A stretch of DNA of 64,000 bases from Takakia lepidozioides (Eukaryota; Plantae; Bryophyta). Location of the stretch: assembly GCA_030704615.1 (NCBI GenBank), contig CM060733.1, positions 24,986,001 through 25,050,000 of the forward strand, in the 5' to 3' direction. How positions within the stretch are numbered: the first letter of the stretch is position 1; each line of letters opens with the position of its first letter. The position numbers were made by a program, and so were the translations under genes. Below the pieces are notes generated by a model that was given only the letters and a program-made list of their open reading frames with translations, ran no database searches and was not told where the DNA came from. Positions 1 through 11,400 of this stretch are shown here, one piece after another.

Positions 1-762
1 GTCCTTTGCTAAGGAAACAATACCAACTTCAAATGAAACAGTTGTACATGGCCAGTGACTCAAAGTAGGTATTCAACTACAAAGATGCATGTAAATGTGT
101 AAATTTGGAATGCCATCTTCATATGCTTGCCTCATGATGGAGAAACTGAGTTCGAGCCCATGCATTTGAAGAAGGTCTCCTGATTCGAAATACCTACTGA
201 ACTACAGTGACCCAAACCAAAGATCCAAACTCCTAGCAAGTTGAACTACATCCCAACTCACATTCCAGAGTTTGATGAGGCTACAAACCGAAAGAGAATG
301 AGCCCTGTATCTGATGCTATTGTTATGATGGTCTCCAATACTAGAAAGTTGCCTCTTCAAGGCAACAATACGCAGAGCTCGGTTTCAAACCCGCTGAGGC
401 GGTTCAGAGTGTGTCCTGAACCCTAAACCTCAATGAAAAGCAACATACAAGTCCTCGTTGGCAGGCTGAAAAGATGCATTGGTCTTCCTCACCGTCTCCT
501 GCAGATCACATGTATTAGCCACAATATTTAAGATCCAAAGCACTTCACCACCCCCTCATAGTTCACCATCCCATTTCCATGCACACACAAATTTGAAAAG
601 ACATGTTCAGTCGGAAGGGCTGCTTCAGATTATCCCTGCATAGACCAGCCTCATTTCCCATTAACTCAGCATACACCCCATGGAAATGACAGACCTGAAG
701 TTCAGAACCAGGAGAAAGACATGATCCATGAGACCTCCCTATGCTAGCTTACCTGAAGTCCT

Positions 763-2575
763 TCAGCCGGTGTACAACCTCTTCCTGGTCCTGGAATCTT
801 CGGGCACGGGTGGGTAATTTCCCGAGTAGCCATGCCTCTCCAAAAAGTCTTTGTAGCGCGCAAGTGACTTTCCATTCCCATCATCAACAGCAGTCATAAC
901 TGGCTCCCCAGCAGGGTACTGAAGACCCTCCTCCATCATGGCAGTGAGGTCCAAAATCTTTCCTTTTGTAGCTCTCACCAAGGCAAGAAGGTGTTGCTGG
1001 AGAAATCTGTTGTCATCTGTCAGTTCAAGAATAGTTTGCCACTCTGTGGAGATAAGGGCAGGTAGGCTGGGCAGTGGACTTCGACCAGCGGATGTTCTCT
1101 GAGCCATTGAAGGGGAGGTCAGACCTGGGGGAGTTTGTGAAGAGGATGGGATGGAAGAAGGGGAGTCATGACCAGTCATCAAGTTGTTCAGGCCACCTTT
1201 ACATGTGCCCATGAGGGAAGCGCAGAACTTTGCAATCAACCCATCCTCCACTTGGGGGTGCAGCATCTTCAGAACCTTCACCTGGTGTGCGCACATATTT
1301 CCTTTCTAGGCCCAATGACAATCACAACATGCCCATTTAGAATCTAGATTGTGGATAGTATATGTCATACCCAAATGGCGGTGGCATTCAACTGTTGCAA
1401 TGCCTCCGGGTGTATGAGGCAGATGCACATTGGCATCTGAAATGTCCTTGGCAAGCAAGATTGAAGTGCAAACAAATCCCTCCTGCCACTTGTTTCGGAT
1501 GAACCCATATGCCTTTGCATGTGACATGTACCAGTAATGGGTTAGCACATCATCTGTCAGTTCAGAGATGAGCCAATCCACCCGCCTACTACCGAGGACG
1601 CTTTTGGTGCTCTTCAATTGCGCTTTCAGGTTCCCGTGGTATGCTTCTATGGCAGCATTAGTGTCTTGAGAGACATGAGGTATATTGTGGGATCCTTTCA
1701 TCCACATTTTGGCTTTTGGAAGCCACTCTGTCTCCATGTAGGTGCAAAACTCTGTCTCAGAAGGGTACTTCTCCCGCAGGTCCAGAATTTTGAATACGGC
1801 CCATGCTTCACCTGCATCCCCAAAGGTCTCCTTTCTATCGTACATGATCTGTGCCAGGTCTTGTAAGATAGCTGCTCGCAATACTGGGTCTTTCACCTTT
1901 GCAACTGCATTCTTCTGCCAGGCTCGGCGAACATGCCACAAGCACAAGAAAACAGCACAATCCCCCCAAACAGATCTATTCTCTTATCAGGTAGGTAAAC
2001 TGAAATTCATGTGTAACCAAGACATCATGGTAGGCATATTGCCTGAGTTCATGGATGTACCTAATGGCAGCAATTTCAGCATCAGCGTCATCCACAATAA
2101 ATGCATTGGGATGCCAGTCTACTTGCCGACTTGTCATTTGTTTGTTTAGTGCCTCCATCCAAGGCGTCAGATCGATGGTTTTGCACCTTGCAGTGATAAT
2201 GTAAGCCACTGGAATACCATTCAGCCAGTCGTCGAATACAATCATGGTATATAACGGGTACTGCAACAACAATCATGTGTAATTGAAGTGACTTGAAAGG
2301 AAATGGTTGCAAAACAGAGTACTTCACACGAAGAACGTAATTTGTCATGCTTTCAAGAGTTTTGGGTTAACAATCTGACGAACCTTCTTTTCATTCGTTC
2401 CAAAGGTTGCATCACAAGCAACTATGCGACGATGGCCGTGTTTGAGCATCTGTTTTCTCTGCCAATCAGTTTGTATGCCAAGCACAAATGGAAGGTCGAG
2501 TTTTCTGTCATTCAACGTCCAAGCAGGGTGATTAGACTCTTCCTGGTAGTAGAAAACGCTTCCTAGGTTTTTCAT
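763..2575 (-). pseudogene. MULE (Mutator-like) transposase / SWIM zinc-finger gene, disrupted
   Basis: ORFs carry MULE-domain motifs (VACDATFGTNEKK; GIPVAYIIT; FIVDDADAEIAAI; CLWHVRRAW; TNAAIEAYH). A SWIM finger CDCHWA*KGNMCAH is split by an in-frame TAG at 1306-1308. The 5' end is lost at a GC-rich block starting about 2596. Confidence 0.8.
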
Positions 2576-3438
2576 GCACCCACATTCGGACAATTTGTGG
2601 GGGGGTGTGAGGGGTGGGCTGGCGCGGGGGCGAGGGGGCGCCGGGGCGCAGCGACCGCGAGCCGCGCAGGAGCCGGCGAAGGGGGTGCGGCTGGGGTGGC
2701 GGGGGGTGCCACGCAGGCAGGACCGAAGGGGTCGCATTAAACTCCCGGGCCTTTTCTAATGTGCGCCCTGCTCTAGAATGCAAAACATTCTAGAGGGAGC
2801 GGGTCCCGCTAGACGTACATGCGTAGTGGCTTACCATTGTAGCAGAGGCTGTAGAGGCTACGAAGTGTTGGAGTAAAGGCTGGCGGTAGGAAGAGGAGGT
2901 AGGTCGCGATAGGCGCTAGCGGGGAGGTTGTGGTAGGGGCAGGAGCAGGGAGGCTCTGTATGCAAGCTAAGTTCTTTACTTAGTTCATTTCTTTGTGGTT
3001 TTCTAGTTCATTTCATACTATCTATTCTTTATGTCCCTCGTTGACAGGGGTTGGCCACGAACAGGAGGATTGAGGGTCTAAAACTATGCTATACAGGGGC
3101 AGAGAGGCGAGTATATGTCGACATATATTTTTATTATGTTGACAGATCTCTATGTGACTATGATTTTTCTGCCCATAATTACATTTGCAATGGAGCTTGT
3201 TATCTTCCATTACCACGCCGTATGAGTCTACACCGATTTTACAAAGGATTCAAGGAGAATATGTAGTGGAGTTGCCCACTGCAAAGTTAGCCACAAATTG
3301 GCTCATAACCCCCGTTGATTGTGCAATATCTGGCCTTGTATCATAATATTCTAATAAAAAATAGCTCTCATTGTCTCTAAGTCTGTAAAACTCTTAGGGC
3401 CAACTTCCATGTATCGGTCATCGGCCAAGTTAGCACTA

Positions 3439-4865
3439 AGGTAGAAACACCCAAATATGAGCGTGACCTTGAATGGACCCCTATTTTTGTGTATAAAAGT
3501 GACTTCATAGGTCCTTGAATGGATGGATAGAATCAAGTGCTTTATTTAAGGTCTACCAATGGCCAGAGTTACCTACAGATAGGGTGGTTTTACAACTAAA
3601 CGTGTACACATCCATGTCCTTATTGGATTTATAACTGCACGGTTTTGAACAAATCAAATATATTAATGTAATCATGATTTGCACTTAATTAATCACCTAA
3701 AGAGCAGGCATAGGGCAGATTTGGGGCGGATTTTGTTTCAAAATACCACGACGGCTGCTTCATTTAATGAGCAAGGCTGCGCAATTCGAATTCCTTCCAA
3801 CAACCATTTGAAATCACACAACAAGTATAACAAGGTGCCGAGCCTACTCACTTTCGACCATCTGCAGTCACCAAATGTAAAGAGCTCGAGGGGGCTCACT
3901 TTCTAAGTTAGCTACCAGTTGCAGTCACCTTGTGTAAGTAAAGAGGGCCCGGCTCACTGTCTAACTTACGTTACTAAGTTAATATCTGTAGTCAACAAGT
4001 AAGGAGGGGCCGACTGCTCACTGTGTACCATCTGCACTCACCAAATATAAGAAAGGGCCCACCGCTCTCTACCATCTGCACTCACCAAGTGATAACAGGG
4101 GGGACCACTCTCACTTTTCTACAAATCTCCTCAGCTATGCATGTGTGCTACAAAAGTCCACTGTACAGTATTTTTACGTTTGAGAGTTGTTTGCTATAGT
4201 GTTTCACGTTGTAAACGAGCACATAAGCTAGGGACATTGGAAACTGGTACCTACAAGCATGATTTCACATAAATAAACACCTTGAAAAGTTGAAAGTAAC
4301 ATTACACATGTCTCCAATATAGCTTGCAACTTGGACCCACGTTAGAAGAGAGAATGGACGGGACGGGGAATGAATTGCTTTGTGTTCCAACAAGGATAAG
4401 AATACAATTACGGGGGCTTAATATTTCATCCATGTTTGATGACTTTTGGGAACCATCATGGACAGACTTCGTATTGTAGGTGTTCAGTTTTGAGGCCATT
4501 GCTGCTTTGAGTTTGTATGCCTACGATACCATTGTAGATGTCAGGCCAGGCCATTGGCAGGTCTAAAGGTGGTTATTAATTGCTTACACACGGCATGTTT
4601 TCAGATGCACAAGTTGTGCATATGAGGCATGAGCAGGTTTTAGATTAGATATAATTTGGGTGAGCATTAGGTGGGTCTACTGCACAGACATAGGAAGTTA
4701 TGTACCACCACTTTTGATAATTCATATCAATTGACCACTTGCCTCTAAAATTTTGGAATTTACATGAGGTGTTGAATTGCTAATCCAACCATATTATTTC
4801 CTCTTCGCTGCACCGAGCCCTACGGGTCAAACTGCTTAAGTGCACACATTTGGGTGTTTCTACCT
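3439..4865. mobile_element. Non-autonomous TIR element nested in the Harbinger MITE (superfamily uncertain)
   Basis: TIR AGGTAGAAACACCCAAAT ... ATTTGGGTGTTTCTACCT, flanked by TA on both sides. A diverged inverted copy of its right end lies at about 37488-37830. Confidence 0.8.
3803..4120 (+). repeat. Degenerate minisatellite, about 6 units of 44-70 bp, core ACCATCTGCA(G/C)TCACC
   Basis: Cores at about 3803, 3857, 3914, 3983, 4027 and 4071. The intervening sequence shares AGGG(C)C...CTCACT. Confidence 0.75.
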
Positions 4866-5237
4866 TAGATGACAAAAATGACACCTTGCTTCAATGCGTT
4901 AAATTTCACCGACGCCCAGATATCGGTGACCGCAATACCTGGGAATTTGGCGCCAGAGTTCATGGCCGATATCGGTAATCGCTTTTGACTTGTTGTATTA
5001 GGTTATCATGTCTCTACGAGGGTCACCTTTGTGCACATTGCTTGCTAGCGGCACTCTTTGCTTGCGGGACCCACCCTTTGACCGGCTCAATTGGTCTGGG
5101 CGTCTCTTGAACCCTATGAACATAAAAGCAACCATCCATCCCACCAGTTGGCCACGCTCCACCGATGTCGGTCAACTTTGGATAACTTGGCCATGGAAGT
5201 TGGCCCTTAGTACTTATCTACTTCAAGAATCTATAAT

Positions 5238-5391
5238 AATAATAATAATAATTTTTTGTCCAACTCTTTTTTATTTTTTACCTCTTATAACAAGAAGGTG
5301 GACACCTTCATGACACACCAGACGGTGGTTTGAACCCACAACCACATCCAACGTGGTATGTGCCCATTACCACTGGGCTACATGCTGGTTG
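5238..5391 (-). mobile_element. tRNA-derived SINE
   Basis: On the minus strand: A-box TAGCCCAGTGG (5370-5380), B-box GGTTCAAACC (5327-5336) and a (TTA)n tail. Flanking direct repeat TCTATAAT at 5230-5237 and 5392-5399. Confidence 0.7.
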
Positions 5392-5636
5392 TCTATAATT
5401 TGGAACAAACGGGGATTCTACCGGCATACTTTCAGTCCAACAATAATATCTTAAGTTATCATCAAAATACTTATCCTAGTTAAAAGTCCTCACTATTTAC
5501 ATAAGACCATGGTATACATGAGACTTATCACAACACTTTGATAATGAATAGGTACAGTTCATTGTTTCCAAATTTGCATCACTCTTTGGACTTTTCTTTC
5601 TTTAGGTTTGCAATTTGTTATATAGGTGGTATTTAC

Positions 5637-6381
5637 CAGTGTTGGCTGGGTATGGCATCTTGACATGCATATCCGGCGGTTATTTGCCGGTGCATAACCG
5701 GAAAGTGCAGCCCCCGCAAGAACCGGCTCTGGAAGGGAACCGGAAAAAAAATCGAGCTTCCTAACCGGCTAGAGAACCGGCATGGTGATTATAAGGGTGT
5801 TATACCCGGAGCAAGATCCGCCGCAAATGTGGATGGCGTAGAGGCGGTTCTAGACAATACAAGTGTAAGGGTTAGTGATGATAGTTATGAAATTACAATG
5901 TCGGGGAGATTAGGTGCACAACACTAATGAGAATGTCCAAGTAGGAAGTTAATTAGTTGGGCGTTGGGCATTTGTAAACTTAGTGTATTAGAGGGGCAGG
6001 GGCGGAGAGATAGATGACACGGTTGAACGTTTGAACTTTGAACCCAAGACCCACAACCAATACTCTAGTGGCTTATCACACAGCCCTTTTGTGTATAGTT
6101 TTACACATATACACAAAAATGCTAGAAAAAGTAAAAATAAATAAAAGTGGATGAATCCCATAACCGGTACCATGGTACCATGGAACCGGCATTTTTTTAG
6201 ATGACATAACCGGTAGATTGAGAACCGGACAAAAAAAAATCCATGTGTTTATTGAGAACCTGTAACCGAGATGTTTTTCAAACCTATTGGTATACCCTGC
6301 CCCGGCCATCCACTTTTTTCAAAGAGTACGCCATAACCGGGACCGGGAGAGGGCTCAAAACATGGTACCCGGCCAACACTG
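5637..6381. mobile_element. Non-autonomous hAT element
   Basis: TIR CAGTGTTGGC(T/C)GGGTA, 8-bp TSD GTATTTAC (5629-5636, 6382-6389) and many subterminal AACCGG motifs. Confidence 0.85.
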
Positions 6382-6389
6382 GTATTTAC

Positions 6390-6560
6390 CAGTGTTGTGC
6401 GGGTCCGGGTTTTGACCCCGGGTACCCGGCGGGTTAGGATCTGGGTTACCCTGACCCGCACCCGGACCCGTGCTATCACCACAAACCTGGACCTGACCCG
6501 GGTTCATTTTAGAAATGAACCCGGAACCGGACCCGGACCCGCCTCCAAGAGAAAAAAAAA
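6390..6560. mobile_element. Left end of a second hAT-like element
   Basis: Starts CAGTGTTGTGCGGG directly after the TSD above and has dense ACCCGG/CCGGGT subterminal motifs. No matching right end found. Confidence 0.55.
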
Positions 6561-6837
6561 AAGTAGGGCTTGCATGTATTCCATGCGTTTGTTCATATAT
6601 CTTATCTTATTTCTGGACCAAACAAAAGTCGAGAATTAGTTAAAATAGTTGCAAACTTCCAAAGGAGATCCCCCATTAGAAAAAAAATTAGAAAAAGGAA
6701 AAAGAAAAAGAAAAAAAAGAGCTAGGTTTGAAAAGTAAGAAGTTTGGGGGTGGGTGTAGAGGAAAAACAATGGAGAGTTTGAGGGAGATGATTTGCTTCA
6801 GCTCACTAACTCTGAAATCTATGGAGCGATTCATGAC

Positions 6838-8464
6838 CAGTGTTGTTTTTTGACAGGTAGCCATACCTTTTTTGTAACAGGTTAATTTTTTTTTTGACTT
6901 TCATTGTGACAGACAACTTTCAGAAAATGCCTTTCACATGAGAGGTTGACAAGATTTTGACCTTTCACACAACCATGTCATATGAAATAAGAAATAAAAA
7001 ATGAAAAGAAGTGTGTAGTTTGAAGTGTGAACTTCTTACACATCTTTGGGGGCTCAATCTCTTAGACTATGTTGCTTGCTGGACCTTGGAAGACTCCCTG
7101 GATCATCCGCACCACCACACCTATGAAAGCGCAAATTGCTGCAGTCCTAATTATAAGTGCCCGTCACAATGTGTCCAACAGAGCGTGGAGGGGTTTGGAC
7201 AACCAGTCTTTGCATGCAGGCTCGGCTCGGCCATCTGACCCTTTGGATTCGGACTGCATGGAGTATAATTCTGGGTTAGGCATTTCTTGCCACCACACGT
7301 TGGCTTCTCAAATTTTTGCATTTAAGGAGGTCTCTGTGTTTATGGCACTCTTTCTCCCAAGGAGGCCTGAGTACCCCTTTTACTTTCCCGCAATTTGATG
7401 TGTAGCTGCTTTTCCATTTCACAGGTTTTCGAGAAGGCGTCACAGAAAAAGATCGCAAAGAGGTCAAGACTAAAGGCGTTCATTAAGGTTGTGAACTACA
7501 ATAGCTGCATCCCCAAACTACACGTAGATCGTTGTGAAGTAAATCTTGAGCGCTAGATGACTAAAGTTGCCATTTCACAAGCCGGAGCAGTATATGAGAA
7601 CCAGTGCTTTCTGCCTTGGCGAAACCTTAAAATTTTAAATGGCATATTCTGTCATAAATTCCCAATTTTCCATGGATGAAATCGCCAAACTTCTACAAAG
7701 ATAATATAACAAAGGATGATATAAATGGATGAAAGTACATAGGAGGATGATTCTATCCAAATTTCAATGGATGAACAGAATATATAGCTATTTCTTGTAA
7801 AACTTAATAGCCACTCGTGCTATTTGTCAAATTTAAGAAAAAAATCACGGATGAGAACGCTTTGAAGATCAAAATCATTGAAATTCAGCTAGCTAATCTT
7901 GGGATTGTATTCTTCCAATAAACAGAAATGACGTTCTCGAGCGTGTAACCAAAGCAGCTAGAGTCAAATACATATTGCAAAACTATGGTCAGGACTTCAG
8001 ACCCAATCACCCGAAACGTGGGTAAGTTAGCACTGTTAAGGTTTATGATAAAGATCTACAAACCACACAGCTCTACTCATGGCCCAATGTAGCTTTCATT
8101 GAAGGTAGAACCCAAGACCCCCTGAAGAGTAAGCCAACCTAGAGGCCTGCACGCAACACGCAACTGACAGCCCACAATTCAGGCCCTTGAGGAGGGGGAA
8201 AAATAACCCCCTTTCATTTATGGGCCATGGAGGCACAACGGACGATACGCCACAAACAATCCCCACAGGGAGCAGGGCAGCGGCTTTGAACCTTGAACCA
8301 CCACGGTGACGCATTGTGCACTTAACTTACCAGCCGATGTGCTTGTACATTTCCTTTGTAATTTTTACCTTTCTTTTGACAGGCCATTTTCTTTTTTGCC
8401 TTTCACTGTGACAGGCAATTTTTTGTTTTTGCCTTTTTTTGCCTGTCAAATGCCTTGTGACATG
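6838..8464. mobile_element. hAT-like element (Pack-type) inserted in a BTB-BACK gene
   Basis: 8-bp TSD TTCATGAC at 6830-6837 and 8465-8472. Left end CAGTGTTG...TTTGACAGG, right end reads CATGTCAC...TTTGACAGG on the minus strand. Shared TGACAG(G) subterminal motifs. Confidence 0.65.
7425..7529 (+). pseudogene. RPL27: 60S ribosomal protein eL27 exon fragment
   Basis: After the acceptor TTTCACAG it translates VFEKASQKKIAKRSRLKAFIKVVNYNSCIP, resembling the eL27 segment KKxAK(R/K)S(R/K)xKxFxKxxNYxHLMP. Confidence 0.7.
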
Positions 8465-11400
8465 TTCATGACTTTGTTGGCTCTGTCCGTTTGCGGCTTT
8501 GTTGCATATGGTTCCAGCCTCCAGGACGTTTCACTGAAAAAGGAAGATTTCCTTTCCCTCTCCATTGAGGGCGTGAAGGTGGTACTTGACAGTGACACGC
8601 TAGTGGTCTCAGATGAGGAAGATGTATTCAAAATTTTCATCGGTGGCTGGATGGCAGCCATCAGGATCCCAAGGAGAGACAACAGGCAGCTGAAGAGATT
8701 GCTGAGGTGGTGCGGTACCCTTGGATTGTAGGCGAGTTTCTCGACGACGTGGTGTCGAAGCATCCGCAGATGCAGAGTGAGTGCCAGGTAGGGCTTGTTT
8801 CCAGGTGTAGGTCGGACCACACCTGCAGTTGCCATGAAAGAGAGCGACAGAGAAAGAGAAGATGTACTTGTTGATGTGGTGCACACTTTTGTGAATGTTG
8901 GCATGCTTTACTTTCATAACCATATCCTGTAGCTTACTATCCCGCCAAAGCTCGCCAAACAGGGTATGGTGTACAGTACACTGTCGAAGCACTTGCATCC
9001 AGGCTGCAATGGATTGGAAAGCAACAGTTGTTATTGACAGTAATACGAGACAAGGCATTCCTTCCGCCTGGACTCTGTTACATTTCACAGAGGAATACAG
9101 ATGGACAGGTGTATAGGTATACATTTGCTAATCACACTGGCCTTAGAAAGATCCATCAACCACGACAAGCAGGAAAACCGCTTTAGGTAAGTCCTCCGGA
9201 TGATGTCTTCCTCAGAGTTCGAAATTTTTGTAGAACCTGGCCCTATGAAGATTTGCAGACTGGTTGACCGGGGAAAATCTCTATACCGACACCTTTTTTG
9301 AAAATAACCAGGCCCTAATACAGGAGGCGCTTAAATTCAAAAGTTACACACACTCACGCCAGCAGAGATGCTTTGGAAGAAGACAAACCACAGTCTGTAC
9401 AGGCCCCGCAACAATTCCATATTAGAGAATTTCTGGGGTAACTCGAAGACATTACACAGTGAAATAAAACGATGACAGCTGCCAAGTGTTGTTAGAGTTC
9501 CCTCTGGAGTTGGTCATCTGCACGGGCCAGGGCTTCCAGTCACGCACATTCTTCCTTGGGGAAAAATTATGCTTTCTACCTGGAAGCTCGCCATGGGCAA
9601 GTAAAAACCAGTTATAACCAGCAACTTGCGTGCTTCATGAACTTCGTTCTACCCCCTTGCTGTGGCTCGGTATGGAAAACTCGTGGATTGTAGTTTTAGC
9701 TCCAGATTTGTGGAATATACAATAGCAATGAAGAGAGGCTGCTCTCAAAACTACGACACAAAATCAAGTGGTTCCTTCGACTTGAAAGCTGCTGAGGTTG
9801 CTGGAACATACATACCTTTCACTGATTTTTTCTCTGGCTGGTTTATCGAACGAGGCTTTAGCTTTCCACGATGGAACCTCACCATTCATGGGCCTGTCTT
9901 TCTGCTTCTGGACCTGAAGTTGAGAACGGAAGAGAACACGAGTTCAGAAAGCTGAACAGTGGGGCTAGTATGTACAGTTGGTTGTCCTTCCTGAGATTCT
10001 TCAATGAAGGCATCCTACAAATCTTTGACGGTGAAGAGTATTTACCATTGATTCATTTTTAGTTAGCTTTTTCTTATTGCCTTCCATTTGATTAGCGATC
10101 TTATTTTGTGGTTGTGCATCCAACACATCTTTGACATCGCAGACCTCATCTCATGGCATATGTTCTATGTATTTTGGTCACCCTGTATCCTCTGCTTGTG
10201 TTAGTGGTTACTGTCTCAGTGTGGACTCTAGGAAGAGCCGGAGGTGAACAATGGAGAACAACCGACAATGGAGACACTTGGAAAAGATACAGAAGAAACT
10301 TAGTCGCCTTTGGGGCAACCCAAGTTTTCCTTGCCGGAATTTGTATGTTATGTATCTACATCAAAATCTTCATCACCTCTTGACACTATTTACACCAAAA
10401 TTTTGCCATCGCCTACTCTCCGGAACTCTTCAGTGAGCATCTGTGAAATCAGCATCAATGATCTCGGGATCATCGCCCTTAGGCCCAGCGCCAATGTACG
10501 GGCTCCAGCAAAAGGTCCAGGGCCTCCAGCCGTGTTTGGTTCAGCTGGACTTGCACCCTGCCCAGCATTTCCATAAATCGCCTGCCCAATTTGCACCAAC
10601 TCGCTTTGTAACGCATCTTGGGCTCTCTTGATGGTTCCAGCAACCTCTGTCTGCACAGCGCTTTTAAGCTCATTCACCTTTGCCTCTACACGGTGTCTAA
10701 GGTCTGAAGGTACTTTGTCGCCCAGCTCCTTCAACTGCTTCTCAGCTTTGGTATACCATGCTCTCACTCTGCACAGGAAGCAAGATAGTATTCGTCACTT
10801 GGGTTCAGTATTAGGCCACTTCTCTTTCTAGGTGACAAGATGTGACCCATGATTCACTCTGACTGTGAATCTCACTCACAGTTGGAAAAACTTTTAGAAT
10901 AGCTTTTACCTGGTTCTTGAGGTCAATGACTTCTCTACGGCTTTTGTCTTCAGCTGCATTTCTCTCTGCTTCTCTCACCATTCGCTCCACCTGCAAATAA
11001 GACATCATGCCAGAGTTCATTCTTTTTAGCAGCTTTGCATTAGAATATCATGGAAACATTGGTCAAAAGGCTAAAATTTTCAGTGGATAAGCAGCTAACT
11101 GGCAATGGGACTCACATCATCTTTGTTTAGAGTTGAGGCGCCTGTGATCTTGATGTCCTGCTTCTTCCCAGAGCCTTTGTCCACGGCAGTGACTGACAGA
11201 ATCCCATTGGCATCAGTGTCAAATGTGACCTCAATTTGAGGTACTCCTCTTGGTGCTGGCACAATGCCATCCAGCCTGGACAACACAGTAAATGTGGCAG
11301 GCCAGCAGGTAAGCATTTGGGGGAGCGTGATTAGAATCCATTATCTGACAGGTGAACTATCTCAGAGCACACCATTCAGCAACACATTTTCCACATCAAT

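Larger units (their letters stand above)
3397..5206. mobile_element. PIF/Harbinger (Tourist-like) MITE, about 380 bp once the nested element is removed
   Basis: Perfect 15-bp TIR GGGCCAACTTCCATG ... CATGGAAGTTGGCCC with TTA TSD at 3394-3396 and 5207-5209. Confidence 0.85.
6770..9955 (+). pseudogene. BTB/POZ-BACK protein (POB1/LRB-like), C-terminal part, fragmented
   Basis: BACK-like EDFLSLSIEGVKVVLDSDTLVVSDEEDVF (about 8545-8630), VVRYPW...QSECQ|ALIQEALKFKSY (intron-like gap 8788-9311), CQVLLEFPL...QSRTFFLG..FYLEA and the C-terminal VFLLLDLKL. Several frameshifts, plus a hAT insertion at 6838-8464. Confidence 0.65.

Noticed and set aside
1306-1308. Stop codon repaired by U-to-C editing or readthrough
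   Set aside because: Such editing is organellar. CAG-to-TAG decay in a truncated nuclear TE gene is the simpler explanation.
2345-2783. Pro/Arg-rich ORFs across the GC block
   Set aside because: These are by-products of high GC content; only the part below about 2575 is MULE coding sequence.
3803-4120. CRISPR array
   Set aside because: The repeats are degenerate, the spacers resemble each other, there are no cas genes, and the context is a eukaryotic transposon.
10153-10383. Small two-TM membrane protein ORF
   Set aside because: No recognisable family and no supportable gene structure.
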